63,598 nt of DNA, filler included, from Circinaria calcarea (GCA_051942165.1; 3 parts of 3 records of this genome joined end to end with filler, not necessarily neighbours in it), one strand, 5' to 3'; counted from the whole stretch's first letter, positions 25,800 through 38,097 are shown. Notes: generated by a model from the sequence alone, not told the origin. Translations and numbers: made by a program.

Positions 25800-26718
25800 T
25801 CTTTATTGCTACTTTAAAATGATAATCTGCTTTACAATATCCCCTTCACTGCTGTCTAACATTATCAAATTACCTTCAAGGCATCGATATAATATCCTAA
25901 TCCCCTAACTTAGCTGCCATCAAAGCGGCAAAAACGTGAGGTTTAAGACACGTTCCCTGTGACTCCGAGGAAGGAAGTCGTGCTCTTCCATGTATTAGAA
26001 CTTGTTACAGATTACGTACTCAGATAATCTTACCTCTTTCGGTTCCCGCAAGGGTTTTATTGAGCAGCAATATTTATGGTGGCATTGCTACCTGAGTATG
26101 TAACTATCTATGCAGCGAAAAAATGCTTTTATGGTGTATGTGGAAGTGTTGAGCATGGGCCTACTATGCAACACATGCCTCGGTAAGCCCTATGACTTCC
26201 AACAGTGTAGAACCCCTATTCTTGGCACTCACGATCAGTCCAAACATCTGCCAGAACTCGCTGACGTTGAGGCTCGGCTTGCGAGCCGCATAAATCAGGA
26301 CGTGAAACAACTTCAAAAGAACAGATAAGGTCCCCGTTGATGCATGGAACAGACGGTACGTGGCCAGTGAGACTCCAAAAATATCGCAAACGAAGCTGAG
26401 GTGAAATCTGAAGTAGGCCGGCATCATGTTGATCAGCGATAAATGGCCCGCGCGAGAAGTTGCTTCTTTCGCCGCGTGTACCCTAAAACTGGCACAGAAG
26501 ACATTGGCTGCGAGGTAGATCAACTGGAATGAGACCTGCGCAGGTGTCCACGGCCCAACGAAGCGGTGTCGCCCAATAAGCATGGGAAGCAGGAAATACT
26601 TCTATATCAGCGTCCGATAAGACGCGAGGAACCGGGTCAGATGGAGTGCAGAACTGAAGATAAGCAGGAGAACAATGCTGCCACCGGCGGCAATCGCATT
26701 AAACTGAGTTGCGTCCAT
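25800..26718 (-). pseudogene. Ferric reductase-like (FRE) transmembrane protein remnant, Starship-accessory type
   Basis: MDATQFNAIAAGG...KYFLLPMLIGRHRFVGPWT...LIYLAANVFC...RAGHLSLINMMP...GVSLATYRLFHAS; internal stop; interrupted by an LTR at 26058-26204; 3' limit approximate. Confidence 0.7.
26058..26204 (-). mobile_element. Solo LTR, family A (inverted relative to 9760-9924)
   Basis: Reverse complement begins TGTTGGAAGTCATAGGGCTTACCGAG and shares CCATGCTCAACAC and CCATAAAAGCATTTT; the far end reads TCAATA; no matching TSD. Confidence 0.75.
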
Positions 26719-27269
26719 CTCCTGTTTGTAGAAGTCAAAGATATTAATAAAGAGAATGTGAAATGAATGGGTTCGCTCTAGAACCACCACCGCGTTGTCA
26801 GTTATTATTACCTATCTCTTTTCGGCAGGAAACAGTGCTGGAGACCGGGGGGAAACCCCGGGTACGGGTGAGCCAATAATAGAGGGAGCTAGTGTTAGAT
26901 GAGGGTGAGCCAATACCTCGAAGGCAGCCGTTTCTGGAGTCCTCCATGCGAAACTAAAAATAAACGCGCAGGATCCAAAGTATAACCAAGGGTGGAAAGG
27001 AAGCAGAGAAATCAAAACTATGGTAGTTTTGGAAGGACAAAGAAAGGACAACCAGCCCAGGAAAGCGATGGCTGAGGTGTGGCGAAGGAAAGGGATCGGA
27101 GGAGCGAGAGGATCTATTGTCAGCGCCTTCATGCATCACTTGTGAATACTATCAGCTCCAAATACAGCTCACTTTATTATTCCACTGATAATGCTTTCGG
27201 ACTGGAAGGTATCTCAAAGTGCGCACATATTTCACTATGGACAACCTGTCAACTTAACAATTTATAAAT

Positions 27270-29616
27270 ATTTTGAAAGAAGAGCCGAACGTCTATTATA
27301 AAAAGCTTCCCAACAACCCGCGCCAATTTAATCAGAAGAACGTCACGACGTTGCTGGACTTCTTTCGCATGGAAGGCTACTTGACTTGCGTTTGGATCCC
27401 GAATATTATGTTCTACACTGATATCTCGGTCTGCTATGCCGCACGGCCTTCGCTCTAAAGGGGAGCCGCCTCGCTCTAATATAATCCCGAGCGATCTTTG
27501 GTATGCCTGCACGGAAGACACCGCCTGGAAGCGGCACGGGAATTTCTCACAGGAAACGACAATAAATGGTGGGTTGTGGATCTTTATTCTAAAGGTGAGA
27601 GGGTTCGCCTTATGTAGAACATACGCTCGCTGACACAATCCAGATCTCAGCACTCAGATGAAGGTCGTCCTACGGGAACATGATGCAAAATCTATGAAAC
27701 ACTATAATGGAGATATTGTTCGTCAAATTCGCATCTCTCCTTTGCGTGGCGATATCACGAGAAGGCGAAAATGGTTCGCCAGGCTTTCGAACAACATGCG
27801 GAGTCGCCTCCTGCGACTGGAGGCACTCCCAGAGCAGTTCGTGGAGAGCCCTGATCAGGTCTGTGGCCAGTATTGCAGCCGGGGGCTTTCACCCGATTTC
27901 TGGATTTACACTGCCCTGAGGTACGAGTTTCGTCTCCATGCCATATCATTCTCTGACAAAGGACGAAAGGAAATAAGCCGCTACTTGCATAGGATCAACA
28001 AAACATGGACATAGGTCGTTGGGGACAAAGAGGCAGACCAGCTTCGACTCGATGCCAACATGGTTACTATTCTGCAAGGCCGGTGTCCTGTGCTGTCGTT
28101 GAAAGACCGCGCGCACGTTCAGAACCGAATGCTCGTGGGTGATATATCCCCCGCCGTCAAAGCTGACGACCAACGATCACAGATCTTCGACCGTTCCTAT
28201 CGAGCATGTGATTCCGTCCATCCATACATTTCTCGAAAACACAAAATACCTCGAGCCTTCCGCAAGAAATCTGAAGCCGCTTCTACCAGGTAGGTGTAAA
28301 GGCTCGATGTCTCAACACTTCAGCGCCCTCCACGGCGGGTAGGTGAAGCTGAAGGTGCAGGCAAGTGAATTCACTTTTGAGGATCGAACATCGTCTTCGG
28401 GCCGCTCTTCATGGTTATCGTACCGGCAACTCTGGCTCTTTGCCCTTCGTCACTTTCCCGTCATGGACGGCCAGTCGCCCCGGAGAGTCAGGGCTTAGCA
28501 GAGGACTTTGCCCTTTGGAAGGCAGCCGCGACGGTGGTGTGAACTCTTTTCGCTGGCGTCAGAGAACGGATATCGACGGATTCGTTTTATGTACCGCGAT
28601 CGCAAAGAAGTCGACGCCAAGGCGATTGAAGATTGCGTGCGTAGAATTCTGCCTTCGAAGTACTACGCCATCGATTCCGAGCGGATGCTTCGAATAGTCC
28701 AGCTCAATCGCCAACTCCTCAGCGACGTTCCGTACCTCGAAAGGGTGACGGTGGCTTCGGAGTTGACTTCGGATCACGACGACTGTGGATCGCATATCTC
28801 CGATCGATGCGGCAGGCCGTGGGAGCATTCTTTCCAAGCAGACGAGGAAAGCCTTTTTCTTAATCACATCTACTTGAATTCCTACAGCACCCTCCCCAAG
28901 CGATATCTAACGTCCTTTGCCGTCAAACGAGATTTCTTTCGTGCTTTCTTCGTTTCGGAAGAAGACGACCTGGACCAGCATCCGCCACCGGGGAGACCTC
29001 AAGAAATTACAGTGGGCATCTGGAGGAAGACGTTGACATATCCGATTCTGAAGGGCAGCCCGCGGGCCATTGCCTTTCACCCTTACTGGACGTACTAGAT
29101 GTAGGCGAAGACGTTGTTCTAGAGCAATAAGGTCATGATGACGGGCTTGGTCCTGATGATGCGGTTGGACTGATACCGTTACCGCCCGCGTCAGTCTTGC
29201 CAGCGCCGGTCTCGCCGATGGGAAGCATGCAAACGTCTCTCATCCCTTGCGTACCGCCATCAGGTGCTGACCAACCCCGATCGCCCATGTACTCGTTTGG
29301 GCAGCGAGAGGGAGAGGCACCTGTCTCCTTGGCGCAGGCTTTACGGTTTCTCTTCAGCAAGCGAACAAGTGTCACGGAGCGTATGTTCGCGGTGCTCTCA
29401 CCCACCGAAAATGGTACCTTTCGAAAGCGACATGCTGATTCTCGTAATACGGTTTCTCTGATAACCGCCCTACGACTACCGTTTAAACTCCGCTTTCTGG
29501 CGCTGGATGATGGCAAGCGCCTGAAGATGACGGCACCTTCTACTATCCTCGAGGAGGCCCGTTCGGAGCACCCCAGGCGGCAATCACGGTCTTGCAGTAC
29601 AATGTTCAGAAAATGA
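27270..29616 (+). pseudogene. DUF3723 protein (Starship accessory gene), frameshifted
   Basis: PRQFNQKNVTTLLDFFRMEG..RLDPEYYV, LVCLHGRHRLEAAREFL..WWVVDLY, EISRYLHRINKTW, LQGRCPVLS, IPSIHTFLENTKYLEP, YRQLWLFALRHFP, RCGRPW spread over several frames. Confidence 0.8.
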
Positions 29617-30350
29617 TCCGTCGATTCGAGAATTACGAACACCCTGAGGAGGAGCTGTAAAGTATGAGAAGCTACGGACCCGATCAAAATACCGACCACA
29701 TGCGTAACAAGACAGCGATAACGCGGCTTGTTGCTTTCTATTTCTGTCTTCACTAGAATTGACAAAGTGTAGCAGGTATCTATCCTACCCATCCTCCTCG
29801 CTGTCTTTCTCTATCTGGAAATTTGGGGTACAAGGTGCTTCACTCACAATATTGCAGCGCTTGTGTTGCCTCTTCTACTTCTTTCACACGTTCGTCAAAG
29901 TTTATGTCGGAAGGTTCGGAGGTCTTTACCAGGCCCTTAATATGATTCTCTTCAGGAGCAGCCCTTCCCAGCAATGCGGCCTGGACCTCCAGCATGCATT
30001 CCTTCAGATCTAGCTCTTTTATATATCTTGGGTCCGAAGCAGATAGCTGCTTGAGCCGCTTTTGTTGTTTTGGGGGTATAGCTTTTGAGTTTCGTCCTCC
30101 TGAGTGTTCTGGAAGTCTTGGGGTCCTGAACGCGTAGCTCCATATCCTGTCGTGTATATGCTGGTCCCCTGCTTGCAATGAGGCCAATCTCCATCGGCAG
30201 ACGAGCTCTGAGCGTATGGGAGAGGGACGTATCGAGTTTTTGAAATCTGCTATGCCAACTTCTAAAGGCAAAATTGCCGAGTGCCTCTATGCAGCTGTGA
30301 ATTTGATTGAGATGTCTGTATATCCGGAGGATAGAGTTGTCTTGGTCAAC
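29600..30350 (-). pseudogene. Probable remnant of a DUF3435 'captain' tyrosine recombinase
   Basis: LASLQAG...IWSYAFR, then Y...EVQAALLGR...HIKGL, ERVKEVEEATQALQYC and a C-terminal CYAC...HFLN segment, in the order recalled for DUF3435 proteins; heavily deleted; convergent with DUF3723. Confidence 0.45.
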
Positions 30351-30429
30351 CTAATTCCCATAATTTCTCTATTAAACTTTTCATTTTGGGGTTCCTTGTC
30401 AACGTCCACTTCTGACGCTCCTCCTAGAA

Positions 30430-30715
30430 TTCACTTCTGGCCTCCCCCCCAGCTTCCCTTCCAGAATCCACTTTTTGTTGAACAAAGGCAGGTGGGCATG
30501 CAGAACGTGAAGGTTGCTTGCAATTCTATGTGTGTGTGCCCGCTATTTATGCTATGGAAGGGCAACACGCCGCTAGCCTAATCGGGTCTAAAGGGTGACT
30601 TCCAACACTTTTGGCTCCCCTTCAAGCATCCACTTTTGGCTCCACCTTAAGCATTCACTTTGAGTTCCCCTCCCAGCACCCTTTTCTGACACCGCTTCTA
30701 ACATGCACTTGGCTC
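30430..30715. repeat. Degenerate ~24-bp tandem array (CACTTTTGGCTCCCCTTCAAGCATC-like) split by the solo LTR
   Basis: Units recur at ~30432, 30469/30608, 30631, 30656 and 30706. Confidence 0.6.
30476..30607 (-). mobile_element. Solo LTR, family B (132 bp)
   Basis: TGTTG...CAACA termini with a perfect 5-bp TSD CTTTT (30471-30475 / 30608-30612); homologous in inverted orientation to 39540-39670. Confidence 0.85.
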
Positions 30716-31329
30716 GGACACGAGCCAGTTGATGAGAAAAAGAGCTAGAGCAACGGATAGAGGATTGGGCCCATGGATTGTGTTTGGATCACCAATATAC
30801 GCAGAAAGTCTTCCAGGCTATCATCAAAATGCAGCCTGTATGCAATGACACCCTGCTTCGCGAGCAGGATCGAGCGTTTTTGCATATCTCTCAAGATCCC
30901 CATCGAAAAGAAAGCACTTCAACTCGGGGGCATCCGACCGGCTGGATCCACGAAACCATATACCGGCTTCGATAACACCAAATTCTCTACCCCAGACTGT
31001 GTGATAGTTCATGGGAGTCAAGCTGGCTAACATATGTGCCATGGAGCATGGGCTTTATTCGTCCTTCAGAAAGATCCGTTGATCAAGACGGGCCACAGCA
31101 GGTATAGCTACTGTCATTTACTCTATACACTACGATAATACATTCCCGCGTCAACAAGTCAAGAGAGACTCGACAAGGTATCTTGTTTAGCACATTCTAC
31201 CTCTTCCTTCCCATCCTCGTTTTAGACCTACTCTTTGACCTTGCCAATTGCCGCACATCCTTCCAACCTTGCTCTATGGGAATGACGTTCCCACATTGGT
31301 AAGAAGGTGGCTGCACATCGATTAGTGGA

Positions 31330-31720
31330 ACTATTTCATTGATCATCTCGTTGATCATTTTCTCGTTCAGTACGCTTATAGCCGTCCACCATAGATCCTC
31401 CCGAATCTACCCCATCATCACACCCAACAACGCATCAAGCCAATTGCGCTAACCCACGGATCAAACACCCGAATCAGCTCATCATTAACATGCCGGACAA
31501 TACCCCGGAATTCCTGTTCGGGCAACACTGGCTCCAGGATCTCCGGGTAAAGGTTCGAGAAGGAAGGCGCTTGGTCGGCGATGATCATCCAGTCGCATTT
31601 GATGCGGATGACGCGTGTGGCGTTGTAGAGGGGGGTTTGAGAGGGACGTGAGGGTTTAGGTAGGGGAAGCGGTGGACCCCGAATGTAGTCGTCTGGCGCG
31701 TTGGGTTCGTTTCAAGATCC
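31330..31720 (-). pseudogene. ERF4: ERF4/Golgin A7 (Ras palmitoyltransferase subunit) degenerate copy
   Basis: FPYLNPHVPL / PLYNATRVIRIKCDWMIIADQAPSFSNLYPEILEPVLPEQEFRGIVRHVNDELIRVFDP / NWLDALLGVMMG*IREDL, with frameshifts and a stop. Confidence 0.75.
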
Positions 31721-33903
31721 GGTGCCGAGGGGCATGACATGGCGGCTTGGGAGCGGAGGGAAGCTTGGCTCCTGCTTGGGTATGGGGTGTGAGTTGCGGG
31801 TGGTGGCCTTTGTTCGTGGCCTTGTTCTAGGTCTTTTACTTCGTTCTGTAGATTTGCTGGTTCTCCTCCATTGTTATCATTGATACCATCCTTCGCCCAG
31901 GTGGAGCCTTTCTCTCGCTCAATCTGGGCGGTCCAACATTCGAGATCCCACTTTCGAGCTCTTTCGGACCGAGGTCTAGAAGCAGAGGCGTTGGTATCTA
32001 CTTACGCCCACGCGAACGATTTCTAGTACTGGGTAGGGTCCGATGTGTAGGCTACTAGTGCTTGCGAAGTTGCTTATTATATAATCTCATATCGATATAA
32101 ATCCAAGCCCGTGTCCTATTTATGGCCAATTAGTGTCGTTTGAGATGGTGCGTGTTACGGGGTCCCACGGACCTTACCCACAGGGGGAACCTGTATATAT
32201 TAGACTGACAGTATAAAGAATAGAAACCATCTTGCTCCCACAAATATTACGGTGCGCCTCCTATTCGTTGACCGGTGGTTGAATAGATAATGCAGTATCT
32301 AGGGCCTAAAGCAATTTCCTTAACATCGAATAACCGTCCTCGTCTTGGTACGCCCAGTAATAGGAATAATATCTTTAGAGTGAGCTCCATTAACATAATA
32401 TCTACTTCACCTAAAATTTGTCAAATCAACCAGGGGCTCTTCAGCTGCGAGAATTCAAAACATGTAATTAAGGTGTTGCCAAGATTTTGCAGCCAACACT
32501 CCCACAGACTTCCTTGCTCTCCTTTAGCTTCCATGGTAAAATACGGCCAGAATAGTTGAAGGCAAGTATATAAGAGACATGATGTGCTCCGGTAGATCTT
32601 CACTTTAGGAAGTGGGAAGAGTCGAAATTGAGGCCAAGAACCAAACCTAGCTTCGGTGCGGTAAGAGAAGAGAGATTTCAAACCGGTAATACGTAACTCA
32701 CGTCGATTTATGAGAGTAGTCTTCTCACTATTGTACAATTCTTTCAATAGTAGGAAGAATCTTATGGGACAGAGTTTGCGCAGCCTCTAATTCGTTATAA
32801 TTTTATCTATAAGCGTTCGAAAGTCCTTTGCCGCTTTTGTGTCAGGTCCAGGGCTATTCGCTAGATAAGAAGAGCTATTTCAACTTCACCACATACAATT
32901 ATTTAGCAGTTATAGGAAATTCGTGATTTAATTCATGATTCCAAGAATAAGAGAGGTGACTCGACATTTCCTCGGCATTTTGCATAGAAGTTGTATATGG
33001 TGTAGTGGAGAAAAGTCGTGGTATTGTGTAGAAATTAGGTGGGGCGGAGTTTTGGTGTGTCGAGAATTTTGTCACCCGCGTGAGAGGAAATGGATGTACT
33101 ATATAGGAAGTGCTGGGGTGTGGGATATGCTACCGGCGGTGGGTTGAAGACAAACGGAGGAATAAACAGAGCGTCTGGGGAGAGAGTATGGGTTGGTGGG
33201 ATGTGAGATGGGGAGGTGTTCTGGTGGATGATGAGGTAACATTGTTTCTGTCTCTGAAAGCCCGAGGTACAAGGGCTTGACGTCGAATCTTTGGGCATCG
33301 TCAGGTAAAACAGATGCGTATGAGATGGAGCGTTTGCGATCGAGTAGGCCGCCAGCTATTCATCTCGTCATTCTGAGTTACACTTGTCGATGGTGAAATG
33401 GAACCTGCGGTTTTTAGATAGGGCACTGGCAGGAGGTGGCAGCGCAAACGAGGCAGTGGAATATATTAGTCCTCGATTATTGTGGCACAGAAAAGGTCTA
33501 GAAAGCGGCAGGAGGGTATAAGCTTGGAAGGGCACTTCAGTGTACAATCACGGTGAGAATGATGTCCCAGTTGGAAAATTTGTATTTGCGCTCAACGGCG
33601 TAGCTTATCCGAGTGCAGCACTGCCAATCTTTGGACGCCTAACCTCCAGCATAGAAACAATCATCAATGCATGCATGCTTCCTTCGACCTCAAGTCCACA
33701 GATTTGCCAACTGACGGGTGCCTACTACTATTGTCAGCTCTAGAATTGCATCATTCTATCATCCGAGATCTCTTGCAGTAATCGTACCGCCAGCTTAGAC
33801 CTGGTTTTTGGTCGTGTCTTTTGTCGTCTTGTGGTCTGGTTTCTCGTTACAAAGCTCGTGTGAATCGTACGCCCCTTCTCTCCAAACAATGTGGCAAGTT
33901 TGA

Positions 33904-34739
33904 CCCCGGGTCTCAGGGGGGGTCGTCGCTTAGCACGGGGGGGGGTCGCCCGGTATTTTTGCCGATCCGAGTATTACTCGGAAAAATAATTTTCAATTTC
34001 ATAGCACAGTAAATTGAAATTATTCCGGGCGCAATAATAAAGTGCAATTGCCAGTTAATTCGTGCATATGCCACGTAGATTTTTAGATATGCTAATACGC
34101 AATAGAATGCGCCTTTTGAATCGCTGCAAATGCATGATTATAGTGAACTCCTACTCCTCTATTCTATACTGATTAACTGACATACATTAGGAACGCATTC
34201 TTCCTAGTCCAATTCGATCGCATCGAATTGCGAGTTGCCCGTCTTTCTTCCTGCACGTCGCTGCTCCTTCTTCGCCGTGGCCTTTGCCCGCTTTTCTTCC
34301 TCCGCCCTGAGCTTTTCGCCAGCTCTTCGAACCTTTGCGGCTTCTTTCCTTTCCCTTTCCGCCGTCTTCGCCGCAGCTGCCAGCGCCGCCTGTTCCTGCT
34401 GCGACGCCTCGTTCCTCGTCGGCTTTCGAATGCGCCCGCTGCTCGTTGGTGGAAGACTTGGTGGTGGAGGTTGAAGGAGATCGAGTGATTGCAAAATAAA
34501 AATTTTCCTGTGGGATTTACCCCTGAATACCCTTAATGGCTCCGCAATACTAATAAAGTCTAGAAGTCGGTACAAATTTGGTGGTGTTTACTAATAAAAA
34601 CTATCATACTTTAGCACTTTGGATAATTCTTGAGCATAAATGGGACTTGTTCGCTACTAGTAATAAATTTCTACTTTACATATTAAATACCGGGCGACCC
34701 CCCCCCGGAAAGCTTGGCGACCCCCCCTGAGACCCGGGG
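33904..34739 (-). mobile_element. Non-autonomous Mutator-like element (MULE), 836 bp
   Basis: ~55-bp imperfect TIRs (CCCCGGGTCTCAGGGGGGGTCG...GGGGTCGCCCGGTATTT); perfect 9-bp TSD CAAGTTTGA (33895-33903 / 34740-34748); internal peptide resembling a transposase C-terminus (PTSSGRIRKP...SQFD). Confidence 0.9.
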
Positions 34740-34748
34740 CAAGTTTGA

Positions 34749-35089
34749 TGGGTGCCTGCCTCCCTGGGCCGAAGTTTTGAAAGCGACATTTACATGATTC
34801 TGTCCTCCCACAGAGTCACTTGAGTGATCGGAATTCCTAATGAGTTGCAAGACAAGCCGTTAGTTCAATCCGAATCACGGTGCGGTTAATCTTGCAAGTT
34901 GCCAAGCTTGGTCTTGGGGGACTTCTGATAGCTTACCAGATCTTCGCCGCAACGAACTCGGCAAACTCAGGCTTGTTGAGGATAAGGTCCATCACCATAT
35001 CCAGGGTACGCTCACGCTTCTTGGTTTTCTTGCTCGCAGGGTTGGTGATAGGCTGGTGCCATTCAATACTTTGGCGAGTGATAGTCATG
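34749..35089 (-). pseudogene. Small two-exon hypothetical gene interrupted by the MULE
   Basis: CA-rich leader, ATG (MTITRQSIEWHQP...FVAAKIW), intron GTAAGC..CTAAC..ATTAG, exon 2 NSDHSSDSVGGQNHVNVAFKT running into the TSD. Confidence 0.4.
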
Positions 35090-35368
35090 ATGATCTGATG
35101 AACCGAACAATCTGATGTAGATACTGGGGTGGGGCTGATGCGAGTTCAGAACAGTTGTGAGGTTGATTGTGAAAGTGTGTACCCAGCAGAGCTTCTCTTT
35201 AAGTAGTAGTCCAGGTCTCATTCACTGCCCCGTGTTGAGTCTTATGCCTTACGGATTCATTTGATTTAGCCGAACTCTCAACACTTCATCTGGATTCATC
35301 TCTTCCGTAAACTCTTCCTTACCTCAACCTACTTGTCAAGCTGCGTTACAATACCACGCCATCACCAA

Positions 35369-37346
35369 ATGACATCTGCAACAACAGTCCTTGGCTCGTA
35401 CAGGAGTAAGGTCCTGGCGGAGCCTCTCTACAGGTATACCACTGGTGGCTTTCATCCGGTACATCTAGGAGATCTGTTCAAAAATAAGAGATACGAGATA
35501 CTCAACAAGCTTGGTTTCGGCGCGTTCGCGACCATATGGCTTGCCAAAGATCACAGGTACTTACCTAAGGCCTCGAATATTACTGATGTGCCAACTTAAC
35601 TGACTTAATGCTTTTAGGCTTCAACGTTTAGTTGCCATCAAAATTCTGGTGTCTGACCCTGGGCAAAAAGGTGTTGAAGTGAACATCTACCGCCACCTAT
35701 TCTCCACTACAAGCGATCATCCAGGGCAGAAGCACATCTTGCGCCTGTTAGACAGCTTCGAAGTAAATGGACCGAACGGTACTCATACTTGCCTTGTCCT
35801 AGAAGTCACCGGTCGCAAGGTAGGCTCGGAAAGCAGAGCGTCTGGCAAAGGTGCGCACAAGATCTCAAAACAAACTTTGCTTGGACTGGATTACCTCCAT
35901 CAGAATGGTGTTACGCATGGTGGTTTGTAGCTCACTTTGGCTTCGGGAAAGGTTTCGGCTTCTTACTTACAATCCGAACAGATCTTCACCCTGGCAATCT
36001 TCTTCTTGTATCCGCAGAACCAGACTTACGCTCGGAACAAGAAATAGTTGATGAAATCGGAGAACCACATACTAGCAATGTTACCAGACTTGATGGAGAG
36101 CCTCTAGGGCCCGAGGTGCCTCGATACATCGTCGAAGCACAAACCTTTCCCATGAATCTATCGAGCTCCAACTTGTGTGTGAAGATAGCTGATTTCGGTG
36201 GATCTTTCTATGGTAGCGATAGACCTAATTCTATGAACTGTCCTATGGTGTTTCGCCCTCCTGAGGTATTATTTGGTGATGATTGGGACTTTCGAGTCGA
36301 CATATGGAGCATGGGGGTTACGGTAAGCAATCGAACCACACTTATCATGAGCGGCGCAGCTAAGCGGTTTGCTTAAGATCTTCGATATCGTTGTAGGATT
36401 TCCATGCTTCGACAACGTTATGCCAAGTAAGAACTCTCTTGCTCAGGACTTCATCTCCACCATCGGAAAATTACCACAACGCTGGCAGGAGGAGTGGACA
36501 AGGTTGCGAAAAGACGAATCTGAAACCTGGGTGGATGACTGGGAAAGTCCAGAGAACGTCCAAGAAGGTAAGTTCAGGCCTGCCTGCGCTCTGTCATGGA
36601 ATTGCGAATTCAGTAATATGGCTTGCTCTATGAAAAGCTATCTATCTGACCAACCTGCACCAGAGCTTTCTGATCCAGGAATCGAACTACAACTAGAGAG
36701 TCTGCTCAATCAAGCATATTTTAATGAAAACGAAGAACAAGACTTTTCAATCACGGATATCGAAGTACTGGCTTCCCTTCTTCGTCAAATGCTACGCTAT
36801 GACCCGAGTACACGCTTACTCTCTCCCGAACTCCTCAAGCATCTATGGTTCGCTGTCGACCGACCAACGAAGGATCAGACCCCCCTTAGGCAAGGAGTTG
36901 ATACGTGTAGGGTTAAGGAAGTAAGGGAACCGGAACCGCAACAACAGGTGGAAGATATACGAAAAGAGGTAGAGCAAGGAACAGAAGATGCCGAGAAGGA
37001 AGTGGTCAAAATTGGTAAGGTGCCAAAGGTGGATGAGAGCACACCCAAAGGGATCGACGAGGACAAACCATTTGAGAAGGTATCCGACCACTCAGAGGAG
37101 ACTAGCCATGAGGAAGGGCCACCGGCAAGTAATATCGGCCCATCACAAGTGGACGTCAGCAAGGCAGAAGTTGTCGAACATGACACTGCTGGTTTCGTGA
37201 CTGAGGTTGCTAGGCGAGGCTCTGATGAGGTACAGATGCAGGAGGCGAGCAAGGATAAGCAGCATGGGTGGATGATGGCGAATTGGGCGTGGTGGATGAG
37301 AATTGGCTTTCGACGGTTGAAAATGATGATCAGCCACGGAAGGTGA
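35369..37346 (+). CDS. SRPK/Sky1-like CMGC Ser/Thr protein kinase with acidic C-terminal tail (multi-exon)
   Basis: EPLYRYTTGGFHPVHLGD, KLGFGAFATIWLAKD, VAIKI, GPNGTHTCLV, HG|DLHPGNLL, KIADFG, FRPPEV, DIWSMG. Confidence 0.85.
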
Positions 37347-38097
37347 TCAAGTGTCAGGTCCAATGGCCTCCCATATTCAGTCATAAAGATTGGAGGATAC
37401 CTCTCGTGAGTGTAGCGGCGTAGGAAGTGGGGAGGAAGTGTGATGGACTTGTAACATTAGGCAATTAGACTAGGAAAGAGTGCAGAAGATATGAATGTCT
37501 TGCTTGCCACTTGTTCCAACCCAGCTATGTGATTATTGTATCTTCAACCGTGCCATGTAATCTTGCCGTAAAGCATGGATGTGCACGTAGCGTGAGCGTT
37601 CGAAACCCACCATTTTTCGGGTACTACCATACGTAAAGTCGTCATTCCTAAGAGTAAATCTATGAGCTCTAGGGCTCTCGATGTCCGCAATCTTTATTGC
37701 TGTCTGTGAGCTATAAATGAAACCGTGATATTTATGAGTTCAACCTTCTTTCTGCATCTAGTGCGGAGAGGGGTGAGAATGGTAGAGGGCTTGCTGCTGC
37801 CTCCCAATGCTACATAAATCCCTATCTATACTCTGGGAAGTGGAATCCCATCCTTGCCCAAACAATTCCTACGAACTGCTGCTCTTCCCTACTTTTGACG
37901 ACGTCCAGTCACCAATGTTGAGGTCTTGCGACTGTGCCCCACTCACGTCATATTCCACCCAATGAGCTTTCAAACCATCATGCATGCCACAGCCTGGCGG
38001 TGCGAGGCTGAGCTGGCTTATTTCAACCTCACGACGACGACCAACATCTCCAGGACATTCCTATCTCTACGGCGACTCGAGACTGTAAATTGGTAAC

